Both the position numbers and the translations under genes were made by a program. A stretch of DNA of 64,000 nucleotides. Source: Candidatus Latescibacterota bacterium (GTDB taxonomy: Bacteria; Latescibacterota; UBA2968; UBA8231). Below, in pieces: positions 1 to 9,264 of this stretch. The notes under the pieces are model-generated. The model was given only the letters and a program-made list of their open reading frames with translations, was not told the DNA's origin and did not search any database. Each line of letters begins with the position of its first letter. The first letter of the stretch is position 1. The stretch covers positions 224,001 through 288,000 of the forward strand of contig OZ252098.1 of the NCBI GenBank assembly GCA_965248355.1, in the 5' to 3' direction.

Positions 1-1440
1 CCGCGCAACACCATCGTGCCGACGCCGCAGACCCCGTTCCACGACGACTTCCTGCGCGCCTACGAGGTGTGGATCAACCCCAGGCAGACCGATCGCGCCG
101 GCGGCAGCCCCGACATCCTCGTCGAGCGGGTCACCAACAACACCGATCCCGTGGTCGACGTGCACCTCACCCCCCGGTACGTGCGCCTGGTCAAGCTCCG
201 CTCCCTGAGCGAGCAGCCCTACGAAGTGGACGAGCTGGAGATCTACGGCTCGGGCTACCTGGGCGAGGGGGTCTACTACTCGGACCTGATCGACCTCGGG
301 AGCCGGGCCACCATCGGCCCGATCCGCTGGGTGGAGGAGATCGCGGGCGGACCCGAATTCTCCGACTTGAGCGTGCGTGTGCGCACCGGAGACGACGGCA
401 CGCCGCTGGTCTTCAGGCGCCGGGTGCCCGACCCCGAGGACCCCGAGAGCACCGTCCTCGTCGAGATCACCCCGGAGGAGTACTGGAGTCTGGAGATGGA
501 CCAGGGGGGCGTCGTCGAGGATGTCGAGAACTGGAGCTCCTGGAAGTCGGCGGTCAAGGGGGGCCTGGTCACCGCCCCGACCCCGCGCCGCTGGGCACAG
601 TTCCGGCTGGAGTTCGCCGGCCGCCTCTTCGACACCCGGCAGGTGGACCACATCACCTTCCCCTACCTGCGGCCGCCGATCGCCGATACCCTCCGGGCGG
701 AGGTCTACCCGCGCCTGTCGCAGGTCGAGGAGCCGGCCAGCTTCCGCTACGCCGTCCGCCTGGGCCGCGGCGGGCCGATCCTCGGCTTCGACCAGCTCGA
801 GGTGGACACGACGGTGCCCATGGAGCGGGTGCGCGAGGTGAGGCTGAACGGCGCCGCCCTGGAGGCGGAGGTCCTGTTCTCCCGGAACGACGCCTTCCGC
901 ATCGGCTTCCCCCTCGTCTCGGGGGCGGGGGACGTGCTCGAGTTCACCTTCGATCTGCCCGTCTTCCGCTTCGGGACCACGTTCTCGGGCCGCGCCCTCA
1001 ACAGCCGCTTTCCCACGGTGCCCCAGCCTCTCGAGGCGGGCAACGCCACCGACTTCGGACCTGGCGACTTCGACGAGCTGTCCGGCCTCTTCGTGGCCAT
1101 CCCGGAGGAGCAGATCGGCCGCCTCGTAGGGGAGATCGCCCTCTCGACCCCGGTGTTGACGCCGAATGGAGACGGCCTCAACGACGGCCTGCTCGTGCGC
1201 TTCAACCTTCTGCAGCTGACCGACCGGGCCCCGGTGCGCTTCGACCTCTTCGATCTCTCCGGCCGGCGGGTGGCCCACGCCGACCTCGGGCTCCACGGCC
1301 TCGGGCCCTCGGAGTACCTCTGGGACGGCCGCGGGGTGGACGGCCGCGTCCTGGCGCCGGGAACCTACATGTGGCGGCTGCGGGTCGACGCCGACGCCTT
1401 CGCCGAAGACCACTTCGGCGTGCTGGCCGTGGCCTACTGA
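1..1440 (+). CDS. Secreted protein with C-terminal FlgD-Ig / T9SS-CTD-like domain (5' truncated by window edge)
   Basis: Frame open from base 1 (PRNTIVPTPQ...). C-terminus LTPNGDGLND...FDLSGRRV...WDGRGVDGRVLAPGTY is typical of FlgD-Ig/CHU_C-type tails; a discoidin-like segment RYVRLV..YEVDELEIYG lies near the start. Confidence 0.75.
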   Translation, partial: PRNTIVPTPQTPFHDDFLRAYEVWINPRQTDRAGGSPDILVERVTNNTDPVVDVHLTPRYVRLVKLRSLSEQPYEVDELEIYGSGYLGEGVYYSDLIDLGSRATIGPIRWVEEIAGGPEFSDLSVRVRTGDDGTPLVFRRRVPDPEDPESTVLVEITPEEYWSLEMDQGGVVEDVENWSSWKSAVKGGLVTAPTPRRWAQFRLEFAGRLFDTRQVDHITFPYLRPPIADTLRAEVYPRLSQVEEPASFRYAVRLGRGGPILGFDQLEVDTTVPMERVREVRLNGAALEAEVLFSRNDAFRIGFPLVSGAGDVLEFTFDLPVFRFGTTFSGRALNSRFPTVPQPLEAGNATDFGPGDFDELSGLFVAIPEEQIGRLVGEIALSTPVLTPNGDGLNDGLLVRFNLLQLTDRAPVRFDLFDLSGRRVAHADLGLHGLGPSEYLWDGRGVDGRVLAPGTYMWRLRVDADAFAEDHFGVLAVAY

Positions 1441-1454
1441 AAGCGGGGAAAGGG

Positions 1455-4088
1455 ATGGTGCGGATACTGACGATTCTGTTGCTCGCGGGGCTCTGGGGGC
1501 TCGCGGCCGAGGCCCAGGACTACGGCGCCCGCCTGGCCACGGTCCAGCGCGGAGGCCGCGTCAGCTTCGAGCCCACGGGTCCCGGGGTGCTCTTCGACGC
1601 CCTCGACCCGGCCCTGCGCAAGTGGTACGTGCCCCAGGAGCTCTATGCGGAGTACCAGTGGAAGCAGTGGCAGTACTCGAACTACGCCCGCCGGAACTAC
1701 CAGCGATACGTCTCCACCTCGCTGGAGGGAGACTACTGGTACGACGCCTACGGCAACCTGCTGACCCGCGGCTGGCTGGTCTACGACTGGCGTCAGCAGA
1801 ACTCGGCTCCCTTCGGCAGCGTGCTGGAGAAGACGGGCCGCTTCAGCGGCTGGTTTTCGAGTCTCGCCGTGGCCTCCGACCACAAGGGCCAGTACCACCT
1901 CGCGGTCACCGTGGGCAACCGCATCCGCACCACCCTGACGCCCATGACCTTCAGCAAGCCGGAATTCAACGGCCTGCAGTGGGACTTCGCCTCCGACAAG
2001 CACGCCATGACCCTGCTCATGTCTCGCATCAACGAGCCGAACTCCCCCGGGTACCTGCCGGAAGGGCGTACGAGCAACACCAACCTCTTCGGGGGACGGC
2101 TGGAGTCCCAGATCGGGGACTTCCTCGTGGTGGGCGGCACCTTCGTCAACGCCCACCACTCGGTCACCCAGCTCGACGGCTTCGGCAGCGATATCATCTC
2201 CGGTGTGTTGTCGGAGGGTCAGAACTTCCGCACCGTCACCCGCATCCAGGTGCGCATCGCCGACGACTCTCCCGGGGACGGCTCCGGCGGCGCCCTGTTC
2301 TCCTCCGACCTCCGGATCCACGACTTCGATGGCGGCACCGTCAGCGCCTCCGGGATCGGCTTCCGCCCCCTCGTGGAAGGGGGCCTGCAGCGGCCCGGGT
2401 ACCTGGCGGCGGACGGCGACGAGATCGTCGTCACCTACGATTTCAACGACCGCACCTACTCGGGGCCCGACCCGACGGAGATCGAGCGCGTCGAGGTCGA
2501 GCTGGTGGTGGCCAACGACTACCGCATCGAGATCGCCTCCGACCGGCAGACCAACGCCGACGGCTCCGTCGTCTTCCTGCCCTTGACGAGGGCCCGGGGC
2601 AACGTCCGGGACGGGTCGAACCAGCGCGTCCTGCGCTTCGACTACGGCGCGCCCACGGCCAACCAGATCGCCGGCTTCACGGTGGAGACCACGGACCTGC
2701 GCGGGCTGGACGCCTACCTGGAGGTCAACCTCAACCACCGCTACCGCAAGTACCCCAACCCGCACCGGGAGCGCCACGAGACCGCCCGGGACCGGTCCCT
2801 GGGATGGCTGCTCAACGTCTCCCGCAAGGACTACCCGTGGTTCGCCCTGGTCGAGGCCTTCGGCATGGACCCGGGGTACTCCACCTCCTTCGTCACCGTG
2901 GAGGAGCGTGCCTCGGTCCCGGACTACGGCAACCGTTTCGAGCTCTACGAGTTCGTCGAGGACAACGACGACTACGACCGCTATCCGGACTGGCGGCGCA
3001 AGGGCTCGCCGGCGGGCGACGAGGACGTCTTCCCGGGGCTCGACGAGAACAACGACCGAATCTGGGACTTCAACCAGAACGACAACGAAGAGCGTCAGAG
3101 CCTGATCCCCGACTGGGAGGAGCCCTTCCTGCGCTACTTCGCCGACCGCCCGGAGTACCTCTACGGCGTCGACTCCAACCACAACGGCACGGTGGACCGG
3201 TTCGAGAACGACGAGCGGCCCGACTACCCGTACCGGCGGGACCAGCAGGGCTACAACCTCTACGGCGGCGCCCATCTCGGCCCCGACGCGCGTCTCACCC
3301 TGGGCCGCATGGAGGTGGAGCAGCTCTCCGACGACCGCCACAACAGGGCCCTCTACGGACAGCTCGCCGTCGACTGGGACACGGCCGCCCGGGGCCGGCT
3401 CCGTCTCTTCCAGGACCTGCGCCGGGTGCGGGACACGATCCGGGACGACCTGCTGCAGTGGGTGCAGCTGCCCAACGCCCGGGGGGATCTCTTCGCCGTG
3501 ATCGACCCGCTGGCGGCGCAGGACACCTGGGTGAACACGACCTGGGCGGGATGGCAGCACCGGCGGACCTCCGGGCTGTCCCTCGACAACAAGGTGAAGT
3601 GGACGTGGTGGCGGCAGACCGACGACGACCTGGCTCTGGAGCTGCGGGGCCAGCGGTTGTCGTCGTACTTCCTCGGCGTCGTCAACAAGGCCCATTACAG
3701 CTGGAGCCTGGGCCGGGCGCTCATCACGCCCCGGTGGAAGAGCGAGTGGTCGCGCTCGGCCCCCGTGGCGCGGGAGGAGTCGCGCCGCCACGAGCTGACG
3801 GAGCTCTTCATGCTCGTGGTCCGTCACCCCATCATGCAGAAGAGCTTCGTCGAGGGCGGCCTGGAGTACGAGGTGTTCAACCAGCTGAGGGACCCGGTGC
3901 CCGCCGGGGCCAGCCCGTCCTACAGGGGGCTGACGACGACGGTGCAGGTGATGAACCTGTCCGAGTACCAGGGTTACCGGCTGACCACGACTCTCGGGTT
4001 CGAGGTCAGCCGCCGCGACCTCCGGTTCGAGCCGGTGACGACACGGACGCGGGGGTTCATCACCATCTACGCGGGCATCCAGGAATAG
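1455..4088 (+). CDS. Large exported, probably outer-membrane, hypothetical protein with Asp-rich putative Ca-binding loops
   Basis: ATG 1455 after GGAAAGGG; signal peptide MVRILTILLLAGLWGLAAEA; amphipathic beta-strand-like C-terminal third; DxNxD-type motifs. The part of ORF 69..4088 upstream of 1455 is an off-frame shadow. Confidence 0.7.
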   Translation: MVRILTILLLAGLWGLAAEAQDYGARLATVQRGGRVSFEPTGPGVLFDALDPALRKWYVPQELYAEYQWKQWQYSNYARRNYQRYVSTSLEGDYWYDAYGNLLTRGWLVYDWRQQNSAPFGSVLEKTGRFSGWFSSLAVASDHKGQYHLAVTVGNRIRTTLTPMTFSKPEFNGLQWDFASDKHAMTLLMSRINEPNSPGYLPEGRTSNTNLFGGRLESQIGDFLVVGGTFVNAHHSVTQLDGFGSDIISGVLSEGQNFRTVTRIQVRIADDSPGDGSGGALFSSDLRIHDFDGGTVSASGIGFRPLVEGGLQRPGYLAADGDEIVVTYDFNDRTYSGPDPTEIERVEVELVVANDYRIEIASDRQTNADGSVVFLPLTRARGNVRDGSNQRVLRFDYGAPTANQIAGFTVETTDLRGLDAYLEVNLNHRYRKYPNPHRERHETARDRSLGWLLNVSRKDYPWFALVEAFGMDPGYSTSFVTVEERASVPDYGNRFELYEFVEDNDDYDRYPDWRRKGSPAGDEDVFPGLDENNDRIWDFNQNDNEERQSLIPDWEEPFLRYFADRPEYLYGVDSNHNGTVDRFENDERPDYPYRRDQQGYNLYGGAHLGPDARLTLGRMEVEQLSDDRHNRALYGQLAVDWDTAARGRLRLFQDLRRVRDTIRDDLLQWVQLPNARGDLFAVIDPLAAQDTWVNTTWAGWQHRRTSGLSLDNKVKWTWWRQTDDDLALELRGQRLSSYFLGVVNKAHYSWSLGRALITPRWKSEWSRSAPVAREESRRHELTELFMLVVRHPIMQKSFVEGGLEYEVFNQLRDPVPAGASPSYRGLTTTVQVMNLSEYQGYRLTTTLGFEVSRRDLRFEPVTTRTRGFITIYAGIQE

Positions 4089-4094
4089 CGTCCG

Positions 4095-5831
4095 TCAGCG
4101 GCCGGAGCCTTCGGCCAGCTCGATGAACCGCCCCGCCGGCAGGTCCCGGTAGACCTCCCGGGCCCTGCCCGGCCACCAGACCTCCAGGCTGTCCACGCGG
4201 TCGTCCGGACCGAGCCCGAAGAGCACGCGGGGATCGCTCTGCGACAGGTAGCTGCGGCCGCTGCTGACCTCCCGCCACTGGGTCCCCGAGGCCGAGCGCA
4301 GGCGCAAGCGGGTGCCCTCGCCGCTGCCGGTGGCGGCGCGCCGCAGGCGCACGGACAGCCAGCCGTGGCCGCTCCCGCCCTCGTTGCGCAGCACCGACAC
4401 CCGGTCCCCGAGGTTGACCACCAGCAGATCCGGGTCGCCGTCGTTGTCCAGGTCGCCGGCGGCCGAGCCCCGGCTCACCCGCTCCTGGGCCAGTCCCGGG
4501 CCGGCGCGGGAGGTGACGTCGGCGAACAGGGTGTTGCCGTAGGCGCCGGGACCGCGGTTGTGGAACAGGAAGTTGCGCTGGCCGTAGGTCGTCGACCGGT
4601 CGAAGGAGCGCACGTTGTCGAGCACGTGGCCGTTGGCCACGAACAGGTCGAGGCGGCCGTCGCCGTCCACGTCGACGAGGTTGGTGCCGAAGGCCAGGGC
4701 CGGCACCGTGAGCGCGCCGGTTCCGGAGGAGAAGGCCTGGGGCAGGAAGAAGGATCCGTCTCCCTGGTTGCGGAAGAGGCCGTTCGGCTCCCCCTGGAAG
4801 TTCGTCACCGTGAGGTCGAGGCGGCCGTCCCCGTCGTAGTCGGCGGCGTCGATGCCCATGCCCGCCTCCGGCAGACCGCTCTCGCCGTAGGCGACGCCGG
4901 CCTGGGCGCCGCGCTCTGCGAAGGTGCCGTCCCCGCGGTTGATGAACAGGAAGTTCGGCGTCGCGTCGTTGGCCACGTACAGGTCCGTCCACCCGTCGCC
5001 GTCGAGGTCCCCGGTGATCACGCCCAGGCCCTTCCCCGAGGCCAGGTGGACGCCGGCGGCGGCGGAGACGTCGGTGAAGGCCGTCCCCCGGCCGCCGTCG
5101 TTGCGCAGCAGCAGGTCGCCGAGGCCCTCGAAGTTGTCGGGATGCGGGTACCCCTTCGGGCCGCCGGGGCCGGCGCCCTCGGAGCGGGACAGGTAGGGGA
5201 TCGTCTCCGTCCCGGCGTCGGACAATTCGTAGTCCACGTAGCGGGCCACGTAGAGATCCAGGTCGCCGTCGAGGTCGTGGTCGAGGACGGCGCAGCCGGT
5301 GCCCCAACCGCGGTCGCCGAGTCCGGCCGCGGCGGTCACGTCCCGGAAGGCGCCGCCGTCGTTCCGGAAGAGCACGTCGTCGCCGTAGTTGGTGACGTAC
5401 AGATCGTCGTCGCCGTCGCCATCGAGATCGCCGGCGACGCAGCCGTTGCCGTAGCCCCGGTGGCCGACACCGGTCCGGTCCGTCGTCTCGGCGAAGGTGC
5501 CGTCCCGGAGGCCGCGGAACAGCCGGTTGCCGGCGGCGGCCTTGTCGTCGACCGGCCCCAGGGGCTTCCCGTTCACGAGATACACGTCCAGCCACCCGTC
5601 GCGGTCATAGTCCCACAACATGACGCCGCCGCCCATGGTCTCCGGGAAGTACCGGTGCTCGCTGAAACCGCTCACGTGGGCGGCATCGAGGCCGATCTCG
5701 GCTGCCACGTCGACGAAGCGGACGTCGAAGCCTCCCGGCGCGGTCCCTTCGGACGGGGTCTCGGGGGGGAGAACCGGCTCGCAGCCCGCCAGGGCGGCCG
5801 CGGCCGCGGCCATGGGGATCCAGCGAGCCAC
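4095..5831 (-). CDS. CRTAC1-family (FG-GAP/VCBS repeats + ASPIC/UnbV) lipoprotein
   Basis: Repeated DxDxDGxxDL motifs; C-terminal GRSYLSQSDPRVLFGLG; lipobox LAGC. Start GTG 5831 or ATG 5813. Confidence 0.9.
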   Translation of the reverse strand: MARWIPMAAAAAALAGCEPVLPPETPSEGTAPGGFDVRFVDVAAEIGLDAAHVSGFSEHRYFPETMGGGVMLWDYDRDGWLDVYLVNGKPLGPVDDKAAAGNRLFRGLRDGTFAETTDRTGVGHRGYGNGCVAGDLDGDGDDDLYVTNYGDDVLFRNDGGAFRDVTAAAGLGDRGWGTGCAVLDHDLDGDLDLYVARYVDYELSDAGTETIPYLSRSEGAGPGGPKGYPHPDNFEGLGDLLLRNDGGRGTAFTDVSAAAGVHLASGKGLGVITGDLDGDGWTDLYVANDATPNFLFINRGDGTFAERGAQAGVAYGESGLPEAGMGIDAADYDGDGRLDLTVTNFQGEPNGLFRNQGDGSFFLPQAFSSGTGALTVPALAFGTNLVDVDGDGRLDLFVANGHVLDNVRSFDRSTTYGQRNFLFHNRGPGAYGNTLFADVTSRAGPGLAQERVSRGSAAGDLDNDGDPDLLVVNLGDRVSVLRNEGGSGHGWLSVRLRRAATGSGEGTRLRLRSASGTQWREVSSGRSYLSQSDPRVLFGLGPDDRVDSLEVWWPGRAREVYRDLPAGRFIELAEGSGR

Positions 5832-5832
5832 G

Positions 5833-7317
5833 TCAGCCGCCGCCGGACCGCTCTCCCATGCGGCGCAGGAAGGCGCGGGCCTCCTCCTGCAGGGCTGGAT
5901 CGGGGGAGGCGGCGAGCAGGCGTTCGTACGCGGCCGCGGCCTCGGCGCGTCGGCCGTGGCGCTTGTGAAGGCGGGCGAGGCCCAGGTGGGCGGTGGCCAG
6001 GTCGGGGTCGATCTCAAGAGCCAGACGGTAGCAGGCGGCGGCGCTGTCCTCACGTCCGGCGTGGACCCAGAGAGTCCCGAGGTTGAGGGCGGCCTGCGCC
6101 GAGGGTGCGCTGACGGCAAGGGCCCGGCGGAAAGCCGCGGCCGCAGCCTCGGGGTCGCCCTGCTGCAGGCGGACGTTGCCCAGGTTGTTGAGGGCCTCCC
6201 CGTGGTCCGGGTCGAGCGCCAGGGCTCGCTCGAGGGCGGCGGCGCCCTGGGCCAGGTCACCGCGCATCAGGAGCAGGGAGCCGAGGGAGAAGGCCAGGCG
6301 CACGTCTTCGAGCGGGGCCCCCGAGAGCACCTGCAGGGCCCGGAGCGTGTCCCCCCGGTCCCGGTACAGCCGCCCGAGCCGGAGCCGAGCGTCGGCGTGG
6401 CCGGCCTCGTAGGCCAGCACCGCCTCGTACTGGTGCGCCGCCTCCGCCTCCAGGCCGTCCCGCAGGAGCGTGCCGGCCAGCGCCAGGCGGGCCTCCACGT
6501 CGTCGGGCCGGCCGTCGAGGAGCCGGCGCAGCTGCTCGACCTCGCCGGCGCCCTGCCGAAGTCGCTCGAACCGTTCCAACAGTCTCTGGCCGCGCTCTCG
6601 ATCCCCCGAGGCGATCAGGGCGTTGGCCAGGCCGAAGAGGGCCTCGTGGTCCCGAGGGTCCAGTTCCACCGCGCGCTCGAAGGAAGCCGAGGCTCCCTCC
6701 ATGTCGCCGCGGGCCCGCTTGGAGACGGCCAGCAGGCGGTGGCTCGCCGCGTCTACGGGGTTTGCTCTCAAGGCCCGTCCAAGCTCCCTGTTGGCTTCGA
6801 CGTAGCGGCCGAGGCGGACGTACAGCTCTCCGAGGTGCCGGTGGGCGGCCGGGTCGCCGCTGCGGGCGGCCTCCCGGAAGGCCGCCTCGGCGCGCCCGTA
6901 TTCCCCCACCTTCATGCTGAACAGGCCGAGGGTCAGGTGGGAGGCTGCGAATCCGGCGTCGAGGTCGACGGCGCGCTCGAGTGCGGCCACCGCGTCGTCC
7001 AGGCGGCCCAGGTCGGCGAGCACCACGGCGAGGTTGTGGAGGACCTCCACCCGCCCGGGGTCGAGGGACAGGCAGGCCCGGTAGTGGGCCGCGGCGGAGT
7101 CCAGACGACCGAGCCGGGCGTGGACGTTTCCCAGGGCGGCGTGTGCTCGTGGGTCCGCCTCCGAGGCCAGCTCGGCGCGCAGGAGCGCCATGGCCTCGGC
7201 ATAGCGACCCTTCGCCAGATGCTCATCGGCTGCGGTGGCTTCCCCGGACGGTTGCGGTGAGGGGGAGCAGGCCAGGCAGAGCGTCAGCAGAAGGGGGAGG
7301 CTCGATCGTGGATGCAT
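5833..7317 (-). CDS. Tetratricopeptide repeat lipoprotein
   Basis: MHPRSSLPLLLTLCLAC lipobox; many TPR motifs (ALELDP..EALNNLG). Confidence 0.88.
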   Translation of the reverse strand: MHPRSSLPLLLTLCLACSPSPQPSGEATAADEHLAKGRYAEAMALLRAELASEADPRAHAALGNVHARLGRLDSAAAHYRACLSLDPGRVEVLHNLAVVLADLGRLDDAVAALERAVDLDAGFAASHLTLGLFSMKVGEYGRAEAAFREAARSGDPAAHRHLGELYVRLGRYVEANRELGRALRANPVDAASHRLLAVSKRARGDMEGASASFERAVELDPRDHEALFGLANALIASGDRERGQRLLERFERLRQGAGEVEQLRRLLDGRPDDVEARLALAGTLLRDGLEAEAAHQYEAVLAYEAGHADARLRLGRLYRDRGDTLRALQVLSGAPLEDVRLAFSLGSLLLMRGDLAQGAAALERALALDPDHGEALNNLGNVRLQQGDPEAAAAAFRRALAVSAPSAQAALNLGTLWVHAGREDSAAACYRLALEIDPDLATAHLGLARLHKRHGRRAEAAAAYERLLAASPDPALQEEARAFLRRMGERSGGG

Positions 7318-7328
7318 CGGTGAGACGG

Positions 7329-7356
7329 AACCTAAGGAGGCGCACCACCAGGGCAA
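7329..7356 (-). promoter_or_regulatory. Putative sigma70 promoter for the TPR-CRTAC1 pair
   Basis: TTGCCC-N16-TAGGTT on the minus strand, about 12 nt before ATG 7317. Confidence 0.35.
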
Positions 7357-7413
7357 GACACCCCTCTCACAGATGCCCGAGCCCCGGGAGGCCCCTCCGC
7401 GCGGGGCGGCCGT

Positions 7414-7441
7414 TTGCCGGCCCTCGGGGACGCGCTATCTT
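7414..7441 (+). promoter_or_regulatory. Putative sigma70 promoter for the CBM9-like gene
   Basis: TTGCCG-N16-TATCTT in the divergent intergenic region. Confidence 0.4.
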
Positions 7442-7524
7442 ACCGCCCGGTCCCCCAATCATCCCGCTCGACTCTGGACAATCGGCTCCCGGCAAGAGGG
7501 TGCCTCCGGCACCGCGACCAAGTG

Positions 7525-8451
7525 ATGAGCGCAGCATGCAAGAGCTCAGCTCCGGCCTTCGGCATCCGAGCCCTCGGCTTGGCCGTTCTCCTGGCGGCGA
7601 CGGCGGCCAGCAGCCATCTGCCCGATGGCCAGGAGATCTCCGCCTTCCAGTTTCCCGAGGGATCGGACCCCGAGGTCGACGGCCTGTTGGCAGACTGGGC
7701 CCTGGCTGGCCCGGCGACCCTGAGGACCGAGGATTTCATCGATCTCGTCGGTGGGGCCGCGGTCGACCCCGAGGATCTCGAGATCCTGGTGTGGGTCGGC
7801 TGGAGCCCGCACACCAATCGCCTCTACATCGCCGCCCAGGTCCGCGACGACAACCACCAGGTCGACCGCCCCGAGGGGACGGCCGCCACCCGCATCTTCC
7901 AGGACGACGACCTTGAGGTCTTCCTCGACGGCGACCACTCGGGCGGCCAATACGCGGACTTCAGTGATCTCAGCGGCAGCGAGCAGCTGCAGCGCAACGG
8001 CGCTCAGGCGAGCCACTTCGTGCTCGCCGGGCCCCACGACGACGGGGACTTCTTCGTGAACTACTCCGCCGCCGCCTGGTACTCCGAGCCCGACGGGGCG
8101 TACACCCGGGCGGCGCTGGCCATCGAGGGCGCCACGGGGGGCCCCGCCGTGGTCCGCTACGAGCTCAGCCTGGCCATCTTCGACGAGATCGACATGACGG
8201 CCGATTTCCTCAGCCGCCGGCGGCGGCTGGCCGAGAACGACGTCATCGGCTTCAACTTGGAGTTCTCCGACTACGACGGCCACTCGGAGTTGCTCGACGC
8301 CAAGTGGTCCCTGTCTGGCGGACACAACGCCTTCCGGCTGGCCGAGCGCTTTTCCGACCTGCGGCTGGAGCCACCGGTTTTCACCCGGGTCCAGCCCTCG
8401 ACCTGGGGCCGAATAAAATCTACATTTGCCTCGCCCCGAACGCTATATTAA
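7525..8451 (+). CDS. Secreted CBM9-like/DOMON-like protein with C-terminal TWGxIK motif
   Basis: Signal peptide; PEVDGLLADW, LYIAAQVRDD, DDLEVFLDGD, YELSL, IGFNLEFSDYD are CBM9-like hallmarks; ends VQPSTWGRIKSTF... Confidence 0.75.
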   Translation: MSAACKSSAPAFGIRALGLAVLLAATAASSHLPDGQEISAFQFPEGSDPEVDGLLADWALAGPATLRTEDFIDLVGGAAVDPEDLEILVWVGWSPHTNRLYIAAQVRDDNHQVDRPEGTAATRIFQDDDLEVFLDGDHSGGQYADFSDLSGSEQLQRNGAQASHFVLAGPHDDGDFFVNYSAAAWYSEPDGAYTRAALAIEGATGGPAVVRYELSLAIFDEIDMTADFLSRRRRLAENDVIGFNLEFSDYDGHSELLDAKWSLSGGHNAFRLAERFSDLRLEPPVFTRVQPSTWGRIKSTFASPRTLY

Positions 8452-8458
8452 GCCCCCG

Positions 8459-9211
8459 ATGACTCGATCCCACCGCCTGCGACGCTCGCTCTGGCTCCCG
8501 GCCGTTCTGGGGATGCTGTGTGGCGCGTCCGGCTGCGGTTACTATCATTACGCCGGTCCCCTGCAGCCATCCCTCGAGCAGCCGCCCGGGATGGCCGCAG
8601 ACGAGCGTGGAGTCGTGTTCGCCCAGGAGGAGTTCCGGGTCGAGGTGCGGGCCCTGACCGATGCCGATCTCAATCGCCAGTTTCTCCCCCACTCGACCTC
8701 GGGTCCAAAGTCGACCAATTCCTACACCTTCGGCGACACCCGCTTCTGGGAGGGAGATGCCGAGCGTTCCCGTTTCACCACGTTCCACCTCCGGGTCGTC
8801 AACCATCGCTACCCGAAGGTCAAGATCGATCCGGCGCGCATCGTCCTGCGGGCGGGGGGCGGAACCGAGTACTGGAGCCTCCAGTTGCAGCAACTCGATA
8901 CCTACTACCGGGCCTATGCGACCGGCTTTCGCGGAAACGAGTATGCCCGGTACCAGGAGCGCCTCGATCTGTTGCGGCGGACGCTCTACAAGAATGTGGA
9001 GGTCTTCGTCGGGCAGGAGGCGGAGGGATTCGTGATCTTCCCCGTCCTCCATCACGACGTGAGCGAAGTCGAAGTCGTCATCCACGATGCCGTGTTGCGG
9101 TTCGACTACCGCAACGAGCCCGTGGAGACAGTACGGATCAACGGCCGGTTCGAACGCGACATCGGCCGGATCTTCCGCGATGGTCGCCTCGAGATCGAGG
9201 CGACCGGCTGA
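8459..9211 (+). CDS. Hypothetical lipoprotein
   Basis: Hydrophobic N-terminus with ASGC lipobox; coherent ORF heading the downstream operon. Confidence 0.7.
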   Translation: MTRSHRLRRSLWLPAVLGMLCGASGCGYYHYAGPLQPSLEQPPGMAADERGVVFAQEEFRVEVRALTDADLNRQFLPHSTSGPKSTNSYTFGDTRFWEGDAERSRFTTFHLRVVNHRYPKVKIDPARIVLRAGGGTEYWSLQLQQLDTYYRAYATGFRGNEYARYQERLDLLRRTLYKNVEVFVGQEAEGFVIFPVLHHDVSEVEVVIHDAVLRFDYRNEPVETVRINGRFERDIGRIFRDGRLEIEATG

Positions 9212-9264
9212 TGTCCCGCCAGGGCCCGCGGGGAGCGCGGGCGGCCAGCAAGGAGGAGCCCCAA

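Noticed and set aside
69-1454. N-terminal 460 aa of the 1339-aa ORF 69..4088
   Set aside because: Arg/Pro/Gly-rich off-frame shadow of the first gene; the real protein starts at ATG 1455 with an RBS and signal peptide.
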